Positions 1 to 10,982 are shown, counted from the first letter of the stretch. The stretch: DNA of 64,000 bases from Candidatus Aenigmatarchaeota archaeon (GCA_963726265.1 CAVSBQ010000002.1:448001-512000), one strand, 5' to 3'. Translations and numbers: made by a program. The notes: generated from the letters alone by a model not told the origin.

Positions 1-2075
1 ACATGGCAGCCAAACTGGGCCTTGTGAAGAGCGTCATAACGGAAACCGACATGCCGGAACTTCTGGTGACAGGAACATTCACGGACATGAACGCCACGAC
101 ATCGACATACACACAGAAAATCGCTCTTAATGGCGGTACAACTGGCGCGTCAGCAACATTCGGCATCCCAAGCGGCGAGACAGAGCCATTCCTGTACGTA
201 CCGGTGACAACGTCAACGACACCATACAACCTTACGATAACGTTCATCGGTGGCCTTGACCCGACAGCAGTGGACTCGACATACGGCATGAAACTGTTCG
301 GCAAGGACTACACGTTCGGCAACACGCACAACAACCTAACGCTTGAGCTCTATTCGTCTGCAGGAGCGCAGGTTCTGGATCTTAGCGGCGCAGGAGACGA
401 AAAAACAGTGACAGTAGGCAGCCAGTCATTCACGATAAAGCTGAATGGTTGGAACAGCGGCGGAACGACAGCGTACCTGTCAGTCAACGGCGTATCATAC
501 ACGTGGAACGAGGCCGGAACATACACAGTCAGCGGCACCAAGTTCTATGTGCAGTCCGTCGATGTCATATACACAGGCGCGCAGGAAGCGACAGGCATGG
601 TGAAGCTTTTCGTCGGAACGGACAAGCTCTACCTGTCTAACGGCAACCAGATACAGAAGAACGACGTTACGAAGAACAGCTACGTCTACTTCAGTTCGCC
701 ATCGGCAGCCAAGATAAACTCGATAACATTCCAGGTTTTCCCGGATGACGACGTCAACGTGAAGGAAGGCACAGCGTTCACAGATCCAGTCTTCGGTTCG
801 TTCAAGACCGTGATCGGAGGTATGACACCAGGAGTAACGGATACTTCCAGGGATCTGATAAAGATAGCGTCGGACAACACGAACACGAAACTGTCGTTCA
901 AGAACTACGATGGCATGCAGTACACCAACATACCGTTCGCCTACTTTAACAGCACGAACTCGTATGCGCAGATAAGCAACGTAAACGCTTTCCGCACCCA
1001 GGAATGCAACGTGTCTGCAGGAACATACAACATAACGAAGGGCGATTACTTCGTCCTTACGAGCGGCGACTACTCTTACATCCTGAAGTACACCAACTAC
1101 AACTACGACACGGCAGATTCGACGAAGACCTACGTAACCCTTACCGACCTTGCAACCAGCGGTAACTACAAGATATACCCGAACGCTGGCGAAAGGTTGA
1201 CGATCGGTTCGCAGGAATTCGGGGTCCAGTGGAACGGCAACACGCTGAAGACGATCTGTGTGAGCTTTGACGCAGGCACGACATACAACGGAGCAATAGT
1301 GAACATAACGACAGGCGGCAGGGCGCAGATGTCGTTTAATAAGGGAACCGGTGGCAACGGAGCAGTATCGTATGCAAACGTGACATACGTATCTGAAGTG
1401 CCACTATACACACTCTCAGGTTCCAACGAGGCGACAAACGCCTACTCGACGACCTACACAGTGACGGGAAGCTACAGTTCAACGACCGGCGTAAGGCTAA
1501 CAAACAGCCCAACGCCAGACCAGGTCGGCAGCAACAACGAGTGGAAAGACGTTCTACCCTACGGCACCTATGTATACATGACAGGTGACACGAATGGTGC
1601 AAACAGTCTGTCATTATACAGCGCAGGCAAAAGACCGGCACCGGTCAACATTGCCATGGGTACGAACCCAGTGATATCAACGACGGCAGGAGCTGCAGGC
1701 GGAACCTACAACGAGGCTGTTCCGGTAACGAACCCGATAGCCAAGTTCCCAAGCGAGGTAACGCAGACCGCTTCGCTCGACAAGGACCTCATCTTAGTTG
1801 GTGGTCCATGCGCGAACGCGCTTGTGAAGACTTTGCTTGACACGGCTTGGACTTCAACGGACTCTTGCGCAGCTTGGCTGGCAGATGCAGACCTGAAAGA
1901 CAACGGAAAGGGTCTCATCCAGGTGGTCGAAGACATCTTCGGCTCGGGCAAGAAGGCGTTGATAGTAGCGGGTACGAGCGCCCAGGACACCAGGAACCTG
2001 ATAGCCAACAAGGTTATCAAGCCAACTGAGTTCAAGGGACTCGGAGCAGTTGCACAATACAAGGGAGCCGCGTAA
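1..2075 (+). CDS. S-layer protein (probably 5'-truncated at window edge)
   Basis: Thr/Ser/Gly/Asn-rich, many N-x-S/T sequons, C-terminal DKDLILVGGPCANALV...GLIQ...ALIVAG motif of archaeal S-layer C-domains; no signal peptide visible, so it likely starts upstream. Confidence 0.85.
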   Translation, partial: MAAKLGLVKSVITETDMPELLVTGTFTDMNATTSTYTQKIALNGGTTGASATFGIPSGETEPFLYVPVTTSTTPYNLTITFIGGLDPTAVDSTYGMKLFGKDYTFGNTHNNLTLELYSSAGAQVLDLSGAGDEKTVTVGSQSFTIKLNGWNSGGTTAYLSVNGVSYTWNEAGTYTVSGTKFYVQSVDVIYTGAQEATGMVKLFVGTDKLYLSNGNQIQKNDVTKNSYVYFSSPSAAKINSITFQVFPDDDVNVKEGTAFTDPVFGSFKTVIGGMTPGVTDTSRDLIKIASDNTNTKLSFKNYDGMQYTNIPFAYFNSTNSYAQISNVNAFRTQECNVSAGTYNITKGDYFVLTSGDYSYILKYTNYNYDTADSTKTYVTLTDLATSGNYKIYPNAGERLTIGSQEFGVQWNGNTLKTICVSFDAGTTYNGAIVNITTGGRAQMSFNKGTGGNGAVSYANVTYVSEVPLYTLSGSNEATNAYSTTYTVTGSYSSTTGVRLTNSPTPDQVGSNNEWKDVLPYGTYVYMTGDTNGANSLSLYSAGKRPAPVNIAMGTNPVISTTAGAAGGTYNEAVPVTNPIAKFPSEVTQTASLDKDLILVGGPCANALVKTLLDTAWTSTDSCAAWLADADLKDNGKGLIQVVEDIFGSGKKALIVAGTSAQDTRNLIANKVIKPTEFKGLGAVAQYKGAA

Positions 2076-2087
2076 GTCAAACAACCT

Positions 2088-2130
2088 AAAAATTGGGGTC
2101 TAAAAAACCCCTCCCCTTCTTTTTTATTTT
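2088..2130 (+). terminator. putative terminator after S-layer gene
   Basis: GGGGT...ACCCC hairpin followed by T-rich tract between convergent genes. Confidence 0.5.
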
Positions 2131-2193
2131 AATGCTGCAGACGTGAGAATAGAAAAGTGATTCGGCAGTTTCGCTTCCGTTTCTGATAACTGC

Positions 2194-3588
2194 TCATGTT
2201 CTGACCCTGTATATCACGGCCGCATTCTCGTCGCCCCACTGCAGAAAACTTTTAACCCGGTCGAACTCGTCTCTGTTTTCGAAATAATGCTGCGTATAGG
2301 TGGGATTCTTTGGCTCGAACTTGTAGAGCAGGACGTATTTTATGCCGTTTTCCCTGACGTATCCTGGCACGTCGCTCTCGTTCTTGGGAAACACGAACGC
2401 CCTTCTGCCGGAAAGATAATACACGTAGGGGTAGGATTCGGACATTACGGCGTCATTTTCGCTGGTTATGCTATTCAAAAAAAGCGATGTCTCGACCAGG
2501 CCGCTGGACGAATCCCTGTCCTTCCATGCAATAGCGAAGCCGCTGAGGGCGCAATAGAGACACACTATCAAAGCAGCTGCACGCATATATCCTGCATATC
2601 TGGATTCATGCTTGAGCGCAAAGCCTGCGAAAATGGCGTATATGGCAAGATATGACAGCAGATACCTAGGTTCGGCATACGGCATCAGCAGGACGAAGGC
2701 CAGAGGCAGAATGAAGAGCGCGAACAATAAAATGTTCCTGGCTTCGTTTTTCTTTGCCCTAGCGGCGAAAAAGCAAAGGCCGGCCAGCATGAAAACGGCC
2801 TGGAAACCAAGAATTTCCGCCGTGCCCGAAAGGTTGCCGAGGAAATTGTAGGCAGGCAGCTCCTCCGCATAAACCGCGAAATTCGTGAGATAAGAGCCGA
2901 GGAAATTGCCGTAATAAAAATGGCTCGCGGCCAGCCAGGGCGAAAGGGCGAGTAAAAGGCCGGAAATATAAACCATCGTCTTTTTAGCAATGTCCGTTTT
3001 TTCCTTGCCCTTCTTTTCTTTGCTTTTCAGGAACAGGAAAAGGAAATAAAGCATGCATGCAGCTATCAGAAGCGTCCCCAGATATCGTGTAAGCAGCGTC
3101 AGCCCTGCAAGCGCGCCCGCGACGAAAAAATTAGCCCGTTTCTTCTGGCTTTTTGTGAGGAAAAGCAAGGAAAGGCAAAACAGAGCGATAAACAGCGGTT
3201 CGCTCAGGGCCTTTATGCTGAAAAAGACGAACAGCTGGTTTGCCGAAACGAACAGCGAGGCCCACAAGGCGGCGTCCTTTCCGAGAAGCTGCCTGCATAG
3301 CAGATAGACTGTGTACACAGAAAATATTGAAACCAGCGCGACAAACAGCCGCGCAAGCATCACATCATTGGAAAACGGGGAAACCAAAAGAGGAAGGAGC
3401 GGGGGCCTGAACGTTTCAAGCGCTTTCGCCTGGTCCAGGGAATAGTAACCTTTCTGGACGTTTCTGCCCAGCTGGAGATAAACGGCCTCGTCCCACCACA
3501 TGCCCTCGTTTATGAATATGAAGTAGAATTTGGCCGCGAGGGAAAACAGAATCAGAACGATTATAGCGTATTTAAAATATTTCTCCAT
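2194..3588 (-). CDS. GT-C fold membrane glycosyltransferase (PMT/ArnT-like)
   Basis: multi-TM, WWDEAVY and FRPPLLP motifs, EPRYLL. Confidence 0.8.
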   Translation of the reverse strand: MEKYFKYAIIVLILFSLAAKFYFIFINEGMWWDEAVYLQLGRNVQKGYYSLDQAKALETFRPPLLPLLVSPFSNDVMLARLFVALVSIFSVYTVYLLCRQLLGKDAALWASLFVSANQLFVFFSIKALSEPLFIALFCLSLLFLTKSQKKRANFFVAGALAGLTLLTRYLGTLLIAACMLYFLFLFLKSKEKKGKEKTDIAKKTMVYISGLLLALSPWLAASHFYYGNFLGSYLTNFAVYAEELPAYNFLGNLSGTAEILGFQAVFMLAGLCFFAARAKKNEARNILLFALFILPLAFVLLMPYAEPRYLLSYLAIYAIFAGFALKHESRYAGYMRAAALIVCLYCALSGFAIAWKDRDSSSGLVETSLFLNSITSENDAVMSESYPYVYYLSGRRAFVFPKNESDVPGYVRENGIKYVLLYKFEPKNPTYTQHYFENRDEFDRVKSFLQWGDENAAVIYRVRT

Positions 3589-3626
3589 ATTTATTAGAAT
3601 CGTTTCAAATATTAATTACGATTCGC

Positions 3627-4880
3627 ATGTCCGTGGAATTCTGGTCGATGGCGGTTAACTATGCAGCCTGGTATGTTTTCGTATTCATAGCTGTCATGTG
3701 GATGCTCGTCCTTTTCACCAACGGCGACAGGTTCTCCGAGAGAAGGGAAAAAAGGCCCAAAAGGCTTCCGTCGGTCTCGGTCCTCATACCCGCGCATAAC
3801 GAGGAAAAAAACATAGCAATGACCCTGAAATCCGTGCTTGCCCTGGATTATCCGAAAAGTCTCCTGGAGGTTATGGTGATAGACGACGCCTCGACCGACA
3901 GGACAAAGGAAGTTGTAAGAAGCTTCGACGGCGTCAAACTGTTGCGCAACAAAAGGAACATGGGCAAGGCGCATTCCCTCAACAGGGCAATAAAGCTTGC
4001 GAGGGGAGAAATAATAGCGTGCATAGACGCCGATTCGACAGTCGACGGCAAAATACTCATTAAAATGGTAGGGTATTTCGAGGAGCCTGAAGTCGCGTCC
4101 GTGACGCCCGCGCTAAAGGTGCTGAAACCGAGAAAATTTCTTGAGAAAATCCAGGCCACCGAATATCTCCTCAACATATTCCTGAGGAAATCGCTTGACA
4201 TAATCGATTCGATTCATGTTACCCCGGGAGTTTTCTCCGTCTACAGGAAAAGCGTCCTTGTCGAAGTCGGCGGCTTCGACGAAAAAAACCTGACCGAGGA
4301 CATGGAAATCGCGCTGAGGCTGCACGACGCTGGCTACAAAATAAAGAACAGGCTGGATGCCGTGTCCTATACTATATGCCCTTCCAGCCTCCGCTCGCTG
4401 TTCAAGCAGCGCCTGAGGTGGTACAGGGGCGCCCTGCAGAACACTGCGAAATACAGGCACATGCTTTTCAGGCCGAAATACGGCAACCTCGGCATGTTCC
4501 TCCTGCCTTTCAACTTCATCTCCATACTGGCCGTGATAACGCTGTTCATGTTCCTTTTTTGGAACGTGGTGGACACCTCATGGAAGCTGTTAAGGCAGCT
4601 TTACCTCATAGACTGGAACTTCCTCGTGTTTTTGAAGAGCCTGGAAATCGATTTACAGACGCTGTTCATAAACACCATCACCACGCCGATGATATTCATG
4701 TTTATGGGCCTGCTGCTCGGGGGCTACCTGCTCCTGAAAAGCTTCAGTATAACGCACGAGAAGTTCCGTTTAAACAAGCTCGGCTATTTCACATACCTCG
4801 TGATATACCCAGTCATAATGATGTCCTTCTGGTTCACGGCCATGGTTTTCGAGATACTGAGGATTAAAAGAAAGTGGTGA
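3627..4880 (+). CDS. GT2 processive glycosyltransferase (PgaC/cellulose synthase-like)
   Basis: IPAHNEE, DDASTD, DAD, TED and QRLRW motifs plus TM helices. Confidence 0.9.
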   Translation: MSVEFWSMAVNYAAWYVFVFIAVMWMLVLFTNGDRFSERREKRPKRLPSVSVLIPAHNEEKNIAMTLKSVLALDYPKSLLEVMVIDDASTDRTKEVVRSFDGVKLLRNKRNMGKAHSLNRAIKLARGEIIACIDADSTVDGKILIKMVGYFEEPEVASVTPALKVLKPRKFLEKIQATEYLLNIFLRKSLDIIDSIHVTPGVFSVYRKSVLVEVGGFDEKNLTEDMEIALRLHDAGYKIKNRLDAVSYTICPSSLRSLFKQRLRWYRGALQNTAKYRHMLFRPKYGNLGMFLLPFNFISILAVITLFMFLFWNVVDTSWKLLRQLYLIDWNFLVFLKSLEIDLQTLFINTITTPMIFMFMGLLLGGYLLLKSFSITHEKFRLNKLGYFTYLVIYPVIMMSFWFTAMVFEILRIKRKW

Positions 4881-4883
4881 ATT

Positions 4884-5552
4884 ATGAAAAAAAAGCAGCT
4901 TAACAGCGGGACCATAATATCAGCCGTGATAATATCGGCCATACTTTTCATTTCCGGGATTTATGTGGGATATTCGATAAACAGGGAGAAGCTTTCTTCG
5001 ATAGAAACGACGATGAAAAAAATAACCTCGGACGTCCAGAACTTCCAGCTGGAATTCCTTTTCCTTGACATCCTCGGAGAAAACGCGACCTGCCCCCTGC
5101 TTTCCGGGACGCTTTCGGAAATAAACCAGGAAAGCTATGACATAGGCACGAGGCTTTCATCATACGGCAAGGAGGGGGAAATACAGGATTACAACGAATA
5201 CCTGAGCACGAAGAGGGAGTATTCGAGGCTGCTCATAGGCTACTGGCTGCTCGCAAACAAGCTCAAGAAATCGTGCAGGCTCGAGGCCAACACCGTGGTT
5301 TACTTTTATTCAAAGGAATGCGAGAAATGCGACGACCAGGGCTTCATCCTTACGTATTTCAAGAAGGACCTGGGCGAGAAGCTCATGGTTTTCACGCTTG
5401 ACGGCGAACTTGACGAGCCATCCATACAGGTCTTAAAAAGGAACTACAACATAACCTCCTACCCGCACCTGATAGTCAACGGCGAAAGCTACAGCGGCTT
5501 CCTGTCAAAAAGCGAACTGGAAAATTTGTTCAACGTCAATCAAATGGCGTAA
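4884..5552 (+). CDS. membrane-anchored protein with C-terminal thioredoxin-like CxxC domain
   Basis: N-terminal TM; YFYSKECEKC and YNITSYP. Confidence 0.65.
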   Translation: MKKKQLNSGTIISAVIISAILFISGIYVGYSINREKLSSIETTMKKITSDVQNFQLEFLFLDILGENATCPLLSGTLSEINQESYDIGTRLSSYGKEGEIQDYNEYLSTKREYSRLLIGYWLLANKLKKSCRLEANTVVYFYSKECEKCDDQGFILTYFKKDLGEKLMVFTLDGELDEPSIQVLKRNYNITSYPHLIVNGESYSGFLSKSELENLFNVNQMA

Positions 5553-6979
5553 ACGAACCATCCGTCTCCGGAATGGACCACGTCGAGGTCTGCCTCCTCC
5601 TTTGTTATGACGTATTTTAATCCGGCATTGCGCGCAAGGGCGGACACGTCCTCATTGTTCCTGAGTTTTTCCTTTATCATCCCGTTTATTTGCTGCTGTT
5701 CAACGTAATTTTCTGAAAATCTTTCCAGATATGAAATTTCAGGCTCGAGCGGTATTTTGTGCGAGAGCGCCCCAAACCAGGCAGGAGCGGAATCGACATA
5801 GATTCTGGCCTCTGTTTTATCGTATTCCCCAAGCCATAAAGCGGTTGCGTAAAGCGATGGTTCAGGAGAAATTCCAGGATCGGCCCAGAAATTCTTTGCA
5901 TGATAAAAATGGTATATCTGGGATGATGACATGATTATGATGAAAGCTGCGACTGCCAGAAATCCGTATTTTGGGCTGCATTTTCTTAAACGCTTGGCTA
6001 TTTCAAGAATTCCTATAGGGGCCAATATCAGGGAAGGCACTGCCATTACGTCGAAAACTTTCAGCTGGGTGTAAGGCAAGTGGAAAACGGAAAACAAAAA
6101 TGCAGCCACGAAAAATGAACGCAGGAATTTGTCTTCTGTTTTTGCCAAGCCGACGAAACAAAGCAGCAGTACTATCGGGGTGAAATAGTTGAAGTCAAAA
6201 AGGTATTTTGCCAGCGTATCCGCAGGCCAGAACCAGAAAGCGGGCTGATATTCGTTGTAAACGGTATTCTGCCACGCACCTGAATACACGTTGAAAAATA
6301 TCTGCATGTATTTCGTAATCCACGGGAGAGAGACCGCGAAAGGCAGCGGTATCAACAGGGAGTTTTTAAGTTTCCTGAATGAAATTGGCAGAACGAAATA
6401 AAGGTAAACCATGAATGAGATTACCGCAATGAACGGGTGCGAAAGGATGGCGAGGCCGACGGCTATGCCCGAATATGCATACTTCCCTTTTTTAAGGAAG
6501 TATATCTCCATGATGAGCAGCTCCATCGCCATGAGCTGCGGGAATTCCCCGAAAATGAAGACGTTGGACAGGAACGGAAGGGACAGGGACATGAAAGCGG
6601 AAAGCATCGCCGTTTTTCTCCCGTAAACCGAGCCTAAAATATAGGCTGCAACGGGCAGCAAGGCCCATAAAATTATGCCGATTACCCTCACGGAATCGAT
6701 GGCTGGCACACCCAATAAATTTAACACAAGAGCGAAAAAATGGAAAAGTGGCGGATACGTGAAATCATTGGCTGCATATGGCTCCCATGTATTAGGATAG
6801 CCCTGATGCTGCATCACATTAATTATCTCGCTGTGTATTGCCGGGTCGTTTGTTATAGACACGGGGTAATGGGCATATGTCCCTGAAAGCAGCGAAATCA
6901 AAAACAAGGGGATAATAACAATAAGATCCGCTCTTCTCTTTTTTATAGAATTCTTGATCAAAGATATCATATTATTCAT
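5540..6979 (-). CDS. GT-C-like multi-pass membrane protein, putative glycosyltransferase
   Basis: DP..H and YPPLFH motifs, many TM segments, glycosylation-cluster context. Confidence 0.65.
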   Translation of the reverse strand: MNNMISLIKNSIKKRRADLIVIIPLFLISLLSGTYAHYPVSITNDPAIHSEIINVMQHQGYPNTWEPYAANDFTYPPLFHFFALVLNLLGVPAIDSVRVIGIILWALLPVAAYILGSVYGRKTAMLSAFMSLSLPFLSNVFIFGEFPQLMAMELLIMEIYFLKKGKYAYSGIAVGLAILSHPFIAVISFMVYLYFVLPISFRKLKNSLLIPLPFAVSLPWITKYMQIFFNVYSGAWQNTVYNEYQPAFWFWPADTLAKYLFDFNYFTPIVLLLCFVGLAKTEDKFLRSFFVAAFLFSVFHLPYTQLKVFDVMAVPSLILAPIGILEIAKRLRKCSPKYGFLAVAAFIIIMSSSQIYHFYHAKNFWADPGISPEPSLYATALWLGEYDKTEARIYVDSAPAWFGALSHKIPLEPEISYLERFSENYVEQQQINGMIKEKLRNNEDVSALARNAGLKYVITKEEADLDVVHSGDGWFVYAI

Positions 6980-8072
6980 TTATCTTGTGCCAGTACAGTT
7001 TGGCAAGATGCAGCAGGTATTCCATGTTCTCCTTCATGCCAAGCTTGCTCTTGCCTTTCCTGCGGTCGACGAATACGTAAGGTATTTCGGTTATTTTTTT
7101 CGAGCCGCTTTTAACGAATACTTCCAGGCCTATTTTATAGCCGCTGGGATTAAGAGTTTTCCCTTCCATGACGCCTCTCTTGAAAAAAAAGAAGCCTGAC
7201 ATGGGATCCTTGACTCCCGTGAGCGGCTTTGCCAGAAGCCCCGCCGTTTTCGAGACCACTTTTCTTTTTACCGACCAGCCGCTTATGCTGCCGCCGGCGG
7301 CGTATCTGCTGCCTATTGTTATGTCTGCTTTGTCCTCCAGCAAAGGCCTTACAAGGTCCGGTATGGCTTCGGGCGGGTGCGACAGGTCAGCGTCCATGAC
7401 GCCTATTATTTCCCCGTCTGCCGCCTTGAACCCCTCGATTACGGCGGAAGAAAGCCCGAGCTTGCCTGCCCTGCGAACTATCTTTAAAGCGTATTCCCCT
7501 TTCATCTTTTCGGCAGCTTCTGCTGTCCCGTCCGGAGAATTGTCGTCGACGATTACAACCTCACCCTTTATTTTATGGCTGTCAAGGGCACGGAAAACTC
7601 CTGCAACAAGCGCGGCTATGTTTTCGGCCTCGTTGTAAGTCGGCACTATAATCGAGACCAGAGGGTTGCTGCCTATGCCGAACGTCTTCTCCGGCCCGTC
7701 ATAGCGCCATGTGAACCTGATGTTGACAAAATAGTTCCAGGAAAAAACGACAATTATCGCCAATATGTTTGAAACAAGATAATAGATGCCAAAGAACATC
7801 GTGAAACAGAAAAGGAGCGTAACATTTATCGCGAGGGCCGCCAGTGAAACTGCATTGTATTTGCCGAACCTTTTCTTCACACTGTCCTTTTTATTTCTGT
7901 CGCTGAACGTCCATCTCTCGTTAAGCAGGAAATTGGTTATTATGCTCGTTTCGACTGCGATAATGCCGGACAAGACGAAATAAAAGCCGAAAGTGTCAGT
8001 CAGCAGGAACAGCAGTATTTCGTTCACGGCAAGGCCGCTCAGGCCGACTGCAGCGAATTTGCCTATCCTCAT
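6972..8072 (-). CDS. GtrA domain fused to dolichol-phosphate mannosyltransferase-like GT2
   Basis: N-terminal GtrA (NFLLNERWTF), then IVPTYNE, DDNSPDGT, MDADLSH; start set at ATG 8072 overlapping the truD stop. Confidence 0.85.
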   Translation of the reverse strand: MRIGKFAAVGLSGLAVNEILLFLLTDTFGFYFVLSGIIAVETSIITNFLLNERWTFSDRNKKDSVKKRFGKYNAVSLAALAINVTLLFCFTMFFGIYYLVSNILAIIVVFSWNYFVNIRFTWRYDGPEKTFGIGSNPLVSIIVPTYNEAENIAALVAGVFRALDSHKIKGEVVIVDDNSPDGTAEAAEKMKGEYALKIVRRAGKLGLSSAVIEGFKAADGEIIGVMDADLSHPPEAIPDLVRPLLEDKADITIGSRYAAGGSISGWSVKRKVVSKTAGLLAKPLTGVKDPMSGFFFFKRGVMEGKTLNPSGYKIGLEVFVKSGSKKITEIPYVFVDRRKGKSKLGMKENMEYLLHLAKLYWHKINE

Positions 8073-9163
8073 TTCAGGACCTCGCTTATCAAAACCGTGG
8101 CATACGCGCCTTTCGGGAGCGCGAATTTCAGAGTGCACTTAAGCTTGCCTTCATTGATATCGTCGTCCGCGAATGCCCAGTCAAGGCCTTCCGCATTCGC
8201 CATCCTCTGCCTCTCAGTCCCCTCGCTGGAAAGCTCCGGCATGGATTTTATCCTGAAATCCCCGGCGCGAACGCCCTCGCCGTCCAGGATTTTTTCTATT
8301 TGTTTTGCTGTCTTATATTTCGAGACGTCGGTGTTAAAGCCTATCACAGGCAGCACGTCCTCTTTCGATGTCTTCGCAATCTCGTTCCACAGGTAAGACT
8401 GGTAAGCATGCACAAGCATCATGCGCATCTTCTTCGGCAGCCTGCGCAACGCGCCTGCGTAATCGTTCGCTTCGCGCGCGAGATGATTGAGAAGCGTTAT
8501 TTCGTTTCCGAGCACACGAGGACATTCCCTGAGGCCCTGGTGCACGTCCTTCGTTTCTTTCAGGCGTTTCCTGAATTCCACTATATGCTCGTCTTTATCG
8601 CCCTCGTTGGTAAGATATAGCCACACGGCTTCGCCAAGCCTGTTCCTGATTATCTCCCTGCCGACCAGATGCGTATCTCCTCGAATGCCGAACCTCTGCT
8701 CCCCGAAGTAATTTATGAAGCCGTTTTTCCTGATTTTTTCGAGGTTGCCTTCGATTTTTTTCATCTCGTTTTTTTCGATATCCCTGACCGTTATCTCAAA
8801 CTCGTTCCCGCGCAGGTCGCCCAAGTTTATGCGTTCCTGCGATTCTTCGAAGTTCGAAAGCTCGATGTCCCTGAGCCTGACTTCCTTAAGCTTCTCAATG
8901 GACACATTCCAAACCGATATCTTCTGCGTCGTTACGCCGCGCTTGTCCTTTGTGCCGGCATAGCCGAAGCGCTTTGGAGACACGCCGAGCCTGCGCGACA
9001 GGATTTTCAGGCAGCGGAAAAGGTCGTAATTGCGCTTCGTCAGGTTGAACCAGACGTAAGACCCGTTCTTCTCTTCGCCTGACTTCCACCCTTCCCTCGG
9101 CGCCTGCTTCTCGAAAATTTCGCGCACGACAAAATCCTCCGGAAGCTGCTTTATTGTTACCAT
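8069..9163 (-). CDS. truD: tRNA pseudouridine(13) synthase
   Basis: PEDFVVRE, AGTKDK, GNEF, NYFGEQRFG, HAYQSYLWN, FALPKGAYAT. Confidence 0.95.
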   Translation of the reverse strand: MVTIKQLPEDFVVREIFEKQAPREGWKSGEEKNGSYVWFNLTKRNYDLFRCLKILSRRLGVSPKRFGYAGTKDKRGVTTQKISVWNVSIEKLKEVRLRDIELSNFEESQERINLGDLRGNEFEITVRDIEKNEMKKIEGNLEKIRKNGFINYFGEQRFGIRGDTHLVGREIIRNRLGEAVWLYLTNEGDKDEHIVEFRKRLKETKDVHQGLRECPRVLGNEITLLNHLAREANDYAGALRRLPKKMRMMLVHAYQSYLWNEIAKTSKEDVLPVIGFNTDVSKYKTAKQIEKILDGEGVRAGDFRIKSMPELSSEGTERQRMANAEGLDWAFADDDINEGKLKCTLKFALPKGAYATVLISEVLK

Positions 9164-9265
9164 GCTAAGTATATTGTATAATTAATTTTAAAGGGAAGAC
9201 CAACACCAAACTGAAAATTTATAAATCCGAAACCGGTTATAGATAAACTCGGGGAAGGGAACACC

Positions 9266-10909
9266 ATGGATTTCAGAAAAAAGCTCGATGCAGCGCTTTC
9301 GAAGCACAATGACGTCAGGAGGAACACGAGGCGCGAGGAGCTCATACAGGACGTCATAGAAAAGAAAGAAGCGATTGTTTCAGCGAACGGCGCGCTTGCC
9401 AAATGGACGCCGCCCGAGTCTACTGGCCGCAGCCCGAAAGACACGTACATCGTCAAGGACAAAGAGACGACGAAGACCGTGGACTGGGATTCGCCGAACA
9501 GCAATCCTATGACCTTCGAAACCTTTTCCATGCTTCTCGAGGACGCACTGAAAACGCTCTCGAAGAAAAAGACGCTTTACGTCAAGAACCGCACGCTTGG
9601 AGCCGACACTTCATATTCGCTGCCCGTCCGGATAGTCACGGACAGCGCGCTGACGTCGCTTTTCACCTACCACATGTTCAGGCCCGTGCAGAAGGGCATA
9701 GAAAAAAGCGTGCTCGCGGACATGGAGTTCGTCCTGCTCGCGGTGCCATATGACAAGCTCAATCCCGAAATATACAAAGGCAGGCTTCGCGTGACGGAAA
9801 ACGGAGCAACGTCTAACATGGCAATCGCCATCGACTTCGCCAACAGGATAGGCGTCGTATTCGGCTCTTCATACTGCGGCAGCGTAAAGAAACTGATGTT
9901 CACAGTCATGAATTACATCCTCCCATCGAAGGGCATACTCCCTTTGCATTGCTCCGCCAACGAAGGAAAGCGAGGCGACATGGCACTCTTCCTCGGGCTT
10001 TCAGGAACGGGCAAGACCACGCTTTCAGCCGATCCCGAACGCTCGCTGCTCGGCGATGACGAGCACGGCTGGAATGAAAGAGGCATAGCGAATTTCGAGA
10101 ACGGCTGCTACGCGAAGCTGATAAACCTGAACCCGAAGAAGGAGCCGGAGATATACAACGCCATAATGCACAAGGATATCCACACGCAGCACGGCGCAAT
10201 CGTGGAAAACGCGATGATTTATCCTGACGGCACGTTCGATTTCTCCGACGCTCGTTTCACCGAGAATTCGAGGGGCTCGTATCCGCTCGAATACCTCTCA
10301 AACACAAAGGCGTCGTCCGTAGGCGGCCATCCGAAGACCATCATATTCCTGACGGCGGACGCGAATGGCGTGCTGCCGCCTGTTGCCAGGCTCACCGAAG
10401 CCCAGGCAATGATGTGGTTCCTGATGGGCTACACGAGCAAACTGGCAGGAACGGAGACGGGCATAATAGAACCGAAGACGACGTTCTCCCGCTTCTTCGG
10501 CGAACCGTTCATGCCGAGGAACCCGGACGTATATGCGGGCATGCTCGGGGAGAAAATGAAGAAACATAAAGCGAACGTTTATCTCGTCAACACGGGTTGG
10601 AGCGGCGGGCCATACGGTGTCGGCAAAAGAATCGATATTGACGTCACGAGAAAAATAATCACCGCTGCTCTCAACGGCGATCTTGAAAAGGCGAAATGTG
10701 AGGAAAACAAACTATTCCACGTCATGGTTCCAAGGTCATGCCCTGGCGTGCCGAGCGAAATGCTCGACCCGAGGCACACGTGGAGCGACAAAAGCGCATA
10801 CGACGAGCGCGCTAAGAAGCTCGCCGGCGAGTTCTCGAAACATTTCGACAAGGCGTACGGCAAGAAGGGCTTGGACAAGGCGATCGAGAGCGAATGCCCG
10901 GGAAAATGA
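9266..10909 (+). CDS. pckA: phosphoenolpyruvate carboxykinase (ATP)
   Basis: TGRSPKD, LHCSAN, GLSGTGKTTLS, GDDEHGW, NFENGCYAK, LVNTGWSGG. Confidence 0.95.
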   Translation: MDFRKKLDAALSKHNDVRRNTRREELIQDVIEKKEAIVSANGALAKWTPPESTGRSPKDTYIVKDKETTKTVDWDSPNSNPMTFETFSMLLEDALKTLSKKKTLYVKNRTLGADTSYSLPVRIVTDSALTSLFTYHMFRPVQKGIEKSVLADMEFVLLAVPYDKLNPEIYKGRLRVTENGATSNMAIAIDFANRIGVVFGSSYCGSVKKLMFTVMNYILPSKGILPLHCSANEGKRGDMALFLGLSGTGKTTLSADPERSLLGDDEHGWNERGIANFENGCYAKLINLNPKKEPEIYNAIMHKDIHTQHGAIVENAMIYPDGTFDFSDARFTENSRGSYPLEYLSNTKASSVGGHPKTIIFLTADANGVLPPVARLTEAQAMMWFLMGYTSKLAGTETGIIEPKTTFSRFFGEPFMPRNPDVYAGMLGEKMKKHKANVYLVNTGWSGGPYGVGKRIDIDVTRKIITAALNGDLEKAKCEENKLFHVMVPRSCPGVPSEMLDPRHTWSDKSAYDERAKKLAGEFSKHFDKAYGKKGLDKAIESECPGK

Positions 10910-10982
10910 ATTTTTAATTGGTCAAATAACCCATAATGGTAGATAATTAGAATTTAAAGTGCGAAATAATGAATTATAAAAT

